Position numbers and translations under genes: made by a program. Positions 48,510-62,166 of a DNA stretch of 64,000 nucleotides are shown here, one piece after another (the first letter of the stretch is position 1; every line of letters starts with the position of its first letter). The stretch spans positions 155,186,001 through 155,250,000 of the forward strand of contig OZ024742.1 in assembly GCA_964016885.1 (NCBI GenBank), in the 5' to 3' direction. This DNA is from Eledone cirrhosa (lineage: Eukaryota). A model generated the notes under the pieces. It saw only the letters and a list, made by a program, of their open reading frames with translations, did not search any database and was not told the DNA's origin.

Positions 48510-48895
48510 ATTATAATGAAATGACAGGAGGCTGGATTTGTGTAAATCCTTGAAAGGTTTATTATACTATGATCATTTCAATGACCGGGTTCCGTATGAA
48601 TCCGGTGATATCATCAGGTATTCGAAATATAATACGTGAATGTAATAGGTAAAATCCATGGGGCTGAAAATCGAGACCCGAGGGCGACCGGGTGAGGTTG
48701 AAGGAACAGAATAGCGGTCGCCCTCGGGTCTCGATTTTCAGCCCCATGGAATTTACCTATTACATTCACGTATTATATTTCGAATACCTGATGATATCAC
48801 CGGATTCATACGGAAGCCGGTCATTGAAATGATCATAGTATAATAAACCTTTCAAGGATTTACACAAATCCAGCCTCCTGTCATTTCATTATAAT
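48510..48895. mobile_element. Fold-back element: 181-bp inverted arms, 24-nt spacer, one hammerhead per arm
   Basis: 48510-48690 is the reverse complement of 48715-48895 with few mismatches. Unique sequence continues to about 49035; TA-rich flanks. Confidence 0.9.
48784..48841 (+). ncRNA. Type I hammerhead ribozyme (mirror copy at 48564-48621, minus strand)
   Basis: ATAC-CTGATGA-t atcACCGG..CCGGTcat t-GAAA-TGATCA-TA-GTAT; palindromic stem III region (ATGATCAT). Confidence 0.82.
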
Positions 48896-49043
48896 ATTTA
48901 ACTCCGTAATAGCACCACCATCTACAAAAACAAAGACGGTTGAACTGCTTTACGTTGAGTACTCTCTATATTATTGCATTACGATTGACCATACGGAATA
49001 GACCAGCTCTATACAGTGGTGAACCTCAAACCTGAATATATAT

Positions 49044-49075
<32 letters not shown>

Positions 49076-49092
49076 ATAATATATATATATAT

Positions 49093-49123
<31 letters not shown>

Positions 49124-49138
49124 TATATATATATTATA

Positions 49139-50745
<1,607 letters not shown>

Positions 50746-50855
50746 TTGCTCTACGGTTCTTATATATTTGATATCTATTTATCCTTATCGAGCCCTCTTT
50801 GGATTTTAGTCTTCAAATTTATTATTATTACTATATATATTATATTTATATTACA

Positions 50856-50901
<46 letters not shown>

Positions 50902-50909
50902 ATATATAC

Positions 50910-51232
50910 GAAGGTGCATGTCTTTGTGATTAGAGCACTGGTCTTGCCATCGGGAGCTTGTGAGTTCGATTCTCTGACCAGGTCATGCGTTGTGTCCTTG
51001 AGCAAGACACTTTATTTCACCTCGCTTCAGTTTACTCAGCAGTAGAAATGAGTTACTCGTGTCAAGCTGTATCGGCCATTTCCTTCCCTTTGGACAAGAT
51101 CAGTTCCCTGGAGAGAGGAGACTTCTTTGCATAGGCAACTGCTGGTCCTCCTCAGACAACCTTGCTCGGACTTGTTCATCGGGGAGAAACTTTCTAGGTG
51201 AAAATCCCATGATTATTCGTGAACGAAGGTTT
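50910..51232 (+). mobile_element. CORE-type tRNA SINE (family B), near full length
   Basis: A-box-like GTGATTAGAGC, B-box GAGTTCGATTC and core TGTGTCCTTGAGCAAGACACTTTATTTCAC. Confidence 0.8.
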
Positions 51233-51299
51233 TGTATACATGTTACGCAGACGCACTAACACACACACACACACCCAGACACACCTACACACGCACACA

Positions 51300-51350
<51 letters not shown>

Positions 51351-52922
51351 AGAAGGAGAGAGACTGACACACATAGTTATATGATAGATAAACATATATA
51401 GAGGTTGTCCCCAAAATATGTATACACCCATCTAATATATATTGCCTGTACAGAAAATCTAAAAGTGTCTACATTTATGCGACACACTATATATTGGACT
51501 ATAGTGATGTAATTGTTTACCGCTTTAAATATGACAGTTATGTGGCATATTTAACATCTTAATGAAACATACCTTTGATCAATTTGAATTTATATCATTA
51601 TTATCACAGATAGTAATAACTCAACAATCACTCTGAAACGACTGTGTGTAAAGGTAACATGGCACGTAACCAACTGTGCATTGAATTTTACATTGTGAGT
51701 ACTATGTCTCGATATACTATTGAAAAGCGCATGGATTTGGAAGTAGGATTTATCTAGGTGTGTAATTTTAAGATATCTACACATAAAATATAATTTGAAC
51801 GGGTTGTCATTTCATTAATTGACGCTAAATTTAATTTTCTATTCATACAGTCCTAGTACGAGATTTTGAATAAAGCTTTAACACTGAACTTAAGATCTAG
51901 TTAATATTTATATTTGTACAAAACATATATACGTCGAAAAGAAGAACATATACGTGGTATCTCAACCTAAAGAAAATAACTCTTCCACGTTAACGTGTTG
52001 AAAATAGTATATATCTGAGTGTGCTTAGAGTAAAACACTGCTCATTAAGAATTTGTAGAATTTATAGTTTACAGTGCTTTTCTTCTAATCGGAACTATGT
52101 CTATGAGCAACGCTGCCTTAGGTGAAATTACTTGCAACACACAATAAAGAAAGCCATTGAGATATTTACTAAATTTGCTCCTCCTTGTAACAAAACTCAC
52201 AGCGGATCTGGGTAAGCTTGGTAGTAAAAAGTACAGAAAGTATATAGAAGCAAGCTATTCACCATTATAATTAAATGTTTAAGTGCTACGCAGCTTACAA
52301 AATCATTTTCAATCATTAAGGTTTCTACGAAAAATATCATCAGTGATATTCTTAAGTGTATAGTGACAGGACCCAACCAACAGTAGTGGTAATTATTTTA
52401 ATTGTACATTATTAAGAAACTTAATAATATTTCCCTTATTCAATTTACTATTTGTGTTAATATGCTTTGTTTTGTTATTTCTACTCTAATGTTTAGTTGT
52501 TTTTGTCATAGAATTCCAGTTAACTTTTGATTTTGAATTGAATTTTTTTTAATAATTAGGAACACGTTCTTTTATAATCTAGAGGCTAAAATTGTTTTTG
52601 ATGAGAAATTTGATAAATAAAATAAATAAATAAATAAATATAACATAACTTATAAAGCCAATAATTACATAATACATTTAGCGGAAAGATATAACAAAGA
52701 ATACACAGTTTTGTCTAAACTAAAATAAATTAACGTCAAAATATTTAATCATTATGAATCTTTAAACGAAGGAAATATAATAGGAACACGACCGGACATT
52801 AAATACCAATTTTTTTTAGAAACCCTCTAAGACTTAATTACAGGCCAATATTAAACACTCATAGGTATCTTACACACACACACACACCACACACATATAC
52901 ACACACACCCACACCCACACAT

Positions 52923-53003
<81 letters not shown>

Positions 53004-53016
53004 TAGATAGATATAT

Positions 53017-53576
53017 CCTCATGTTCGGTGCTAACCACCATCCTAAACGTTGTTTTTAGTAACCACACAGCTCCTTTCGTTTCAGAACTTTTTGACCACC
53101 TCCTTTCGTTTCATAACGTAGCTGACCACCAGGCTAAAGTCTCCCAGGTGGCCCACAATTTACTTTCCCTATTTTTCCACTGTTACTTTTTTACATGTTT
53201 CTTTACGCGTGTCTTCCCACGATGGGACATCTACACTTTTTTTATCCTTTTCCTTTTCTATTTGTTCCCCTTCTTCCTATCTCATCACCCCCCCCTGTTC
53301 TTCCTCCGTTCCCTCTCTTTCCTTTTCTCTCTCCTTCCCCCCCCCCTTTTTTTTTCTCTCTTTCTCTCTCCTTTTCTACCTGGCCTTTTGATTAATCAAA
53401 GGCCTCGGGCGCCCCGAACTACACCGATGTCTTGTAATTCCGCGCCGAAACATCGCCAGGGAAACATGTACAGCTGACGATGGATACTCGTCTTCCTTTC
53501 TCTTCTGTTCCGTCATAACCACCATCCTAAACTTTGTTTTTAGGAAACACAAAGCCCCTTTCGTTTCAAAACATTT

Positions 53577-53580
<4 letters not shown>
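53017..53580. mobile_element. TA-flanked ORF-less element with 63-bp terminal direct repeats (pLTR-like)
   Basis: 53032-53094 is repeated at 53516-53578. Confidence 0.65.
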
Positions 53581-53610
<30 letters not shown>

Positions 53611-53612
<2 letters not shown>

Positions 53613-54022
53613 AAAAGATTCAGGACTCTGATGGCTGAGCTCCGGCTGTTTCGACAGTTACATCCGAACGTTGGGATCTAGCTGTCGGACCTAGCTTTCA
53701 AAATGGCAGGAGCTCAGTTGCGGGTCCTGACTCTTTTCCTATTACCCACTGCACTATCCTAAGTATCGAGTACTGTGGTTTATTATGGTCCACCTCGGCG
53801 GTGGATTGGCAGTAACAGTAGAGAGTCGGACGCCATGCTTTCCAGCATAGTTACGTCCCTTTACGGTCTGAGTTCAAATCCCGCCGAGGTTAAGCTTTGC
53901 TTTTCATCCTTACGGGGTCGATAAAATAAAGTACCAGTAATGTACTGGGTATTTGCTGGCCTTGTGCCAAAAGTAGAAACAATTATGTTCCACCTCTTAT
54001 CTTACCACACCTTCTTTGCTGT
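53611..54022 (+). mobile_element. Diverged PLE pLTR (32.1-35.1 kb family) with an inverted 5' piece, interrupted by SINE family A (53797-53985)
   Basis: TTTTCCTATTACCCACT..CTAAGTATCGAGTAC matches 18016-18056. The SINE is flanked by a 15-bp target-site duplication ATTATG(G/T)TCCACCTC (53782-53796 and 53982-53996). Confidence 0.8.
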
Positions 54023-54926
54023 ATATGTATATACATATATACATATACCTGGTTTTAATATTTCAATTACAGTTATATGTGCGTGTAGGTAGTGGTTGTT
54101 TGAAAGATAACATTTATGAAAGTATGGTGTTCTTTTCCTTATAATTGAAACCCGTATAACATATCATGTCCATTTGCATAGATTATATGTGTTAAAGAAG
54201 ACAGTATTGTTACGTCTAGAATAATTATAATGATAAGACTATCCATTCAGAATCAATAGGATGCTAATAAGCTGTGTATGGCTATAATATATTTTAACAT
54301 AACCACGTTGGTATAGGTTTGACCTGCTGTGAAACAGCCTGAAAAGGACATATTATATTGAGTGCTTACCCAGGATAGTCTTAAAAACTTCTGCTCTCGT
54401 TTTGTAGGATGTACATACGTGTACGAGCATATTTTCCAACTGTGAAATACCATTGATTTACATTGTTTCACAGTCATTCCCTATTGTAGTTTCATAATAA
54501 TGTTGTGTTTTTTTTTTTATATGGAAAACCTGTTCTAGAGTGTTTCTTGTTAAACCAGCAAAGGAATATAAGAACATCACATATATCATTGTATTATGGA
54601 TAGTAACGAGATAGGTATTTCGAGTTCCACTTCAATTACCCTCTGATAACATGATATATGTCGATCTTATGACGGTTTGTATCAATTATTTTACACGCAC
54701 GTCCAAATAGGCTTCTATCAGAAGTTAATGATAAAAATTATATCATTTCATTAGATGCAATAGCTTTTAAGTGTAATATATTACACTAGCGATATTATAA
54801 TTCAATAAGGTAATCAGCGTAGTTCTAGTAGCATATGATCGATACAGTTTAAACATAGAAATATGAAAGAAGAAAACAAAACAAATTCGTGTCATGCTTT
54901 AAAAGGGAGAAAACAAAGGCAACACG

Positions 54927-54927
54927 A

Positions 54928-54979
<52 letters not shown>

Positions 54980-55013
54980 ATACCACTACCTCTACTACTA
55001 CTACTACTACTAC
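54927..55013. repeat. (CTA)n microsatellite
   Basis: Read directly from the sequence. Confidence 0.95.
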
Positions 55014-55027
55014 TGACATTAATGTTG

Positions 55028-55525
55028 ATAATATTAATGACCTCTTTAGTAGCCACACAGGGCTCATATTAAGAAAACATTAAAGATGGCACAAGATGAT
55101 TATAGTCCATTGTTTGTGTAGAATAAAATTTATAAAACACACTAAGAACATAAACATTTAAAAAAGAAGCATAACAAAGTCCTCAAAGCTGAGGAGTCTC
55201 CGAATATCACATATGGTGAAATCCCAAAAGAAGCCATGGTGATCCTGTCCGCCAGAGCAGAATGCCCCGCTCAGATGTGTTCCTCAAATCTTATACTCAG
55301 CGCGGGCCGATTCACATGTACTATGCTAAACATTTTCACCCGCCTTTCAACTAACTCGGAAGAAAATGCTTGTCTTCAGCTCTTTCAAACGCGTTCACCC
55401 ACAACCTTTTTCGCCATGTTCAGAAGGCCGATAAAGTCTGCCTGCCCTCCACTAAAAGTAGACGGTGTGGCGATCTTCACAATGGAATCAATTCATCGTC
55501 GGATCCGTCCTACACGTGACAACCT
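55028..55525 (-). mobile_element. Old Tx1-type 3' fragment
   Basis: Minus-strand translation IDSIVKIATPSTFSGGQADFIGLLNMAK..SSELVERRVK aligns to the C-terminus at 28.45-28.74 kb; the tail resembles 29000-29065. Confidence 0.75.
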
Positions 55526-55724
55526 GTTGTGGTTGTGGAATTGGTTTAGTTACGGATAGTGTTGGTGTTTGCGGTGTCTGTTAGGGTGATAATTGTGGTG
55601 GCTGTGGTATTACCTCATTTATAACATGTTGAGATTCTAGAATTGTAAGTCGCTCCTCGCCTTTATTCCGGATTTACATTTATAAATGATTGTACATTTC
55701 TGTATATTTAAAATCATATATTCT

Positions 55725-55800
55725 GGCACTATGAGTTCTACTCCGGTCCTGGTGATGCGTTGTGTCCTTAAGCAAGACACTTTATTTCACGTTGCTCCTT
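55725..55800 (+). mobile_element. CORE-type SINE (family B) fragment
   Basis: GCGTTGTGTCCTTAAGCAAGACACTTTATTTCACG. Confidence 0.7.
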
Positions 55801-56049
55801 CTACCTGGATTTACAATTAGCAATTGGAAAGACCAAAGAAAACATTGTTTCCTCGGTCTGATTTGACGTAAGTCGATCGATTCCTTTTATCTCGCACTGT
55901 TATTTGGAATATGACGCAGTTTCTCCATCAGAGAGGCTTGTCTGAAGGTAGCTAAAAGCTAAATCCAGATTGATGTTGTATTATACCACCACCTGTCTCA
56001 ATATTTACCGTGGATTAGTTTAAACAGAGAGGAAACATTTATTTGCAAT

Positions 56050-56838
56050 AGTTTATTAATTTGCCTATTAATCCGTATGGTAATCAAATGGGTTCCCACG
56101 TGCTGGCCTCCCAACAGCCCCGGCGGACAGGATAGAGAAGGCGTTTCACCGGAGGATGGTAAGGGAGATGCACTGGAAGAGCCATTCCAACTCGTGAGAC
56201 TCACACCTGCAGCTGGCTAGCTCAGCGTCTATGGTTGTGAATAGGGAGATAACCCTATGGCCAAGGACATCAAAAATCTCCACTGCCGAGGGCACGACCG
56301 CGAACCTGTTGGAGAGAGACCGGTACTTGGAGAGTTTGGCCTCCTCAGCCCGACGTGCAGCAGTACCTGTGTTTGTCCCACACTGCACTAGGTTGCGGCT
56401 TGAGAAAGTGTCGCTGCAACTGGTATCACAGATGAGGGGATTGCCACCGCGGAACGGGAAGATGGTCATACCGTCTGGCCTTTTGCCATCCTCTCGGTCC
56501 AACACCACCGGCTCGAGCTGGGAGGCGAAGCCTGCAGCATCCAAGCCATGGTTAATGACTTCGTTGATGGCAGCTTGGCGTGGAAGGCGGTGGACACTGT
56601 GGCGACAGGAAAGCGGGTGGAGACCGAAAGAATCCAATGTGGATCCACAGCGACATTTATGTCGCTCGCTGGTCCAAGCCTCAAGGAAACGCTGATTCAC
56701 AGACTATCGTTATCCAGCTGCGTGCCAGTGGAGAAGGAGGGAAAATCATGGAGCCAGGCACCACTGTGGGGTTTGGAGGCTGCGCGAAAACTGGCAAGGC
56801 GGTGCAGGTCGAGCTGGCGCGTGGGCTGCCTTTGCTAG
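56050..56838 (-). mobile_element. CRE-type non-LTR retrotransposon 3' fragment (CCHC plus RLE)
   Basis: CRCG..D..GLHPLSC, LEP..L.REDGKRPDG, DTSCSDTF, AEEAKLSKY, AVE and WLFQCISLTILR. Confidence 0.85.
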
Positions 56839-58368
56839 ACGCTATATTTGTTTTCTTCCTTGGCATTGGTAGCAGTGTTTTGTTGACGATTGTGATGATG
56901 TTGGACATGTATGCAAATCCACAATATCTGTAACTATATCCTGTTTGTTTCTTCTGCTGCTCCGTTAGATTATTTGATGTTTTTGCCGCTGTTGATTTTG
57001 TTGTTGTTCGTGTTATTGTTGCTGTAGTTATTGGTGGAGGTTTTGTTGTTGTTGCTTTTGGTGTGCTTGCCGCTCCGAATATTAACGAACCATTCTCTAA
57101 TGACTGCATTCTTTCCAACTCACTCATCGCTTCAGCAGCTTCTAAAAATGCCGGCTCCCGATTTTAGACTATTAAATGACTGATCATTTTTTTGAATTTT
57201 GGGTAGGATGCTAACACTTTGCAACGGAGGATTTAGCCAGTTCCACGGTGATTACATGGAAGGTATTGCTCAGGCGGATAGCTCACAACCTTATATAATC
57301 GATTTAATCAAGATTTTGAGATAATTGTCGATAAAAATGTAACATATCTGTTAAACTCACCAGCCGCGAAAATAGAGAGGTATTTTGATTTAGGCACAAT
57401 TCCATAAATTTGGGGAAATGTAGAATGTTCTATACGCATAACCATTGCCATACTAATACTTTATTTTACCGACCGCGGAAATGTTACAGGAAAAGTTTAC
57501 GTCGGTTGGAATTGGCTTCAGCACTCAAGGTTTTGCGCATTAAAAGGCCCATTTCAGGTGGGGAAAAATAGAAAATGCATTCTTTTGTGTCCAATTTGTG
57601 ATATAGTGTTTAGCCTATCAGCTACAATCCAGTTTAGCCAGAGGCCATTTTTGGCATTTACTTGCACCAGATCTAAACATATGTGATATAACATTGGCAA
57701 ACTAACTTTGTACCTGGTTGTGTCGATCGCTACTTACTCACTTTTTATAACCCCCATCCCATCTCACATCAGACTTACACCCTACATATTTGGAAGGAAA
57801 ATTCTTTAAAAACAGATATTATCTCCGTTATTTTCAAAATAATCCAAAAATATTTTACTTCATCTAGTAAAACTCGGTAAATATCCAAATCAAGTACTTT
57901 ATGTATGTCACGCAGTCGTCTAGTTGAGTTCAATACTCATATTTTGAAAGGTGATACAATTTATTTGGTACAGTATTTAAGTATATTGCATAAACACGAC
58001 CCGAAAGCTCTCTGATCAGCAGTGTACTAGTTGTGAATCCTTCCTATTTTCGGAGCATATAGTTGAACGTCATAAATCATGGTCTTTACATAATTGGTAG
58101 GATATGCTATGATTTGAGTGAGACTTATCCACTACGTGCACTAATATCATGTAGCATATCTCCAGTTAAGTGTTTCGGAAAATTAGTATTATTGACCATA
58201 TTACAATTCGGCAGATGTAATATGTCTAATTTTCTTTCAACTGAGCGAAGAAGGTAATATCTTAAAAGCGGAATTGCTGTATTTATCAAGGCTACGTTAT
58301 AAGTTAAGCATGTGTAGTAGGTATTGCACTATCGTACATTTTGCAACAATATTGGGTCGCTCACTTAG

Positions 58369-58369
<1 letters not shown>

Positions 58370-58447
<78 letters not shown>

Positions 58448-58761
58448 TATATATACATATATATACGTATATATATATACATATATATATATACATATAT
58501 ATACATACATATATATACATATATATATATACATATATATATATACATATATATACATACATATATATATATACATATATATATATACATATATATATAT
58601 ACATATATATACATACATATATATATATACATATATATACATACATATATGCATACATATATATATATATACATATATATACATAATATATATATATACA
58701 TATATATACATACATATATATGTATACATATATATACATACACATATATATATACATATAT

Positions 58762-58822
<61 letters not shown>

Positions 58823-59126
58823 TATATACATATATACATATATATATATATATTTCGTTTCTGAATTTGTTTAGCATATACATATATATATATACATATA
58901 TATACATACATATATACATACATATATATATATATACATATATATATACATAATATATATATATATACATATATATACATATATATATACATACATATAT
59001 ATACATACACATATATATATACATATATATACATACATATATATATATACATATATATATATACATATATATATACATATATACATATATATATATATTT
59101 CGTTTCTGAATTTGTTTAGCATATAC

Positions 59127-59157
<31 letters not shown>

Positions 59158-59184
59158 CATACATATATATATATATATACATAC

Positions 59185-59276
<92 letters not shown>

Positions 59277-59278
59277 GC

Positions 59279-59337
<59 letters not shown>

Positions 59338-59550
59338 CATATATATATATATACACACATATATATACACATATATATATATACATATATATATATACAT
59401 ATACATATATATACATATATATATATATATACATATATATATACATACATATATATATATACATATATATACATATAAATATACATATATATATACATAT
59501 ATATATACATATATATATACATACATATACATATATATATATATATATAT
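58370..59550. repeat. (TA)n/(TACA)n array with two 24-bp PLE-terminus inserts
   Basis: TTTCGTTTCTGAATTTGTTTAGCA at 58853 and 59098 is identical to 44483-44506. Confidence 0.9.
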
Positions 59551-60762
59551 ATAAATAGCTTAGAGTTTAGACTCAGAGAGGTCATTTACAATCATTTCAG
59601 CTCTAGGAATCGCTTCTGAGCAGTATAAATTAATATTTGATGAACATTTACATGTTTTAGTTGCAATTGACTAATAAGATCGCTAGAGTGAAAAATCTTA
59701 ATTCAACAACATAGGGTCTGCCTGTACGATCTAGAAAATAATAAATCAATACTCACAGACTCATATGGGCAAAAAGCCTTGGTACCTAGACACGTTTAAC
59801 TTTCAAAATACAAACTTTTTCCGCAGATCGGTCAGAACTTCAAACTTCAAACATGTTTCACAAAGGATGGTATAATAGTAAAATAATTAACTAATTAGCA
59901 GTGAGTTAGTCAACTTTTTCTGTGTTTATCAATAGGTACCCAGATAAAAATAAAATAACTCAACCTTAGAAAAATATCTAAGGTCTGGTTAGCGTAGCGA
60001 AAATACACGAGGTTTTGCAAACGGCTTATTCCAGTCCTCTAACGTCCCACACATAGTGCTAGAAATAACAGCCGTTTGTATGGGATTACAAAATTCAGCT
60101 CACCTTGAGGAGCAGTGATAAATAGCTTAGAGTTTAGACTCAGAGAGGTCATTTACAATCATTTCAGCTCTAGGAATCGCTTCTGAGCAGTATAAATTAA
60201 TATTTGATGAACATTTACATGTTATAGTTGCAATTGACTAATAAGATCGCTAGAGTGAAAAATCTTAATTCAACAACATAGGGTCTGCCTGTACGATCTA
60301 GAAAATAATAAATCAATACTCACAGACTCATATGGGCAAAAAGCCTTGGTACCTAGACACGTTTAAAATTCAAATTACAAACTTTTTCCGCAGATCGGTC
60401 AGAACTTCAAACTTCAAACATGTTTCACAAAGGATGGTATAATAGTAAAATAATTAACTAATTAGCAGTGAGTTAGTCAACTTTTTCTGTGTTTATCAAT
60501 AGGTACCCAGATAAAAATAAAATAACTCAACCTTAGAAAAATATCTAAGGTCTGGTTAGCGTAGCGAAAATACACGAGATTTTGCACACGGCTTATTCCA
60601 GTCCTCTAACGTCCCACACTTAGTGCTAGAAATAACAGCCGTTTGTATGGGATTACAAAATCCAGCTCACCTTGGGGAGCAGTGATAAATAGCTTAGAGT
60701 TTAGACTCAGAGAGGTCATTTACAATCATTTCAGCTCTAGGAAGCGCTTCTGAGCAGTATAT
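59551..60762. repeat. 567-bp tandem repeat, about 2.1 copies
   Basis: Units start ATAAATAGCTTAGAG at 59551, 60118 and 60685, with few differences. Confidence 0.93.
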
Positions 60763-60854
60763 ATTATGTATACTCCAGTCCTACAAACTGTAGAGTGCTT
60801 CTTATCCGATATCTGCATTGCTTTATTGTACTACAATAAAACTCACCTCCTACA

Positions 60855-61626
<772 letters not shown>

Positions 61627-62118
61627 AGAATTAAAATTAAAATACTACAGTGTGTTGGAGTTAAACACCCTCTTCATATTATAGAAATGACAGTATAAGA
61701 TATAGCTCAATGTAATTAAACAGAGCCGAAGAATTATAAAAAATAAACCAAAGAAGCCTTCAATACATCAAAAGTCTTTATTAGCCAACAATATTTCGTC
61801 CTATTAAGGACTCATCAGGGCAAGTAAAGCTACAAGAAGCACTATCGGCCAATACAAGCCAAAAACTCAGAGAATATGGAGTATACATCTATTAAAGCTT
61901 AGGAAAGATATCAAGGAAAAGTTGGCTAAGATTAAGAGTGAGCAGTTACAAACATAGATATGGACCAAATAGCAAGGAAGTGATTAACATGTTGAACCCA
62001 CATTGCAAATATTGTATAATGCAAAAAACTTGAGACACAAATGGTAATATAATGCGAGAATTACAGTACGATTTAGAATATAATATAATATAATAGATGA
62101 TGATAATAAAAAGCATAA

Positions 62119-62166
<48 letters not shown>

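Noticed and set aside
59630-59705. TTGATGA...GAAAAATC in the 567-bp repeat as a hammerhead
   Set aside because: U3 is not compensated by A8 and no consistent stem III exists.
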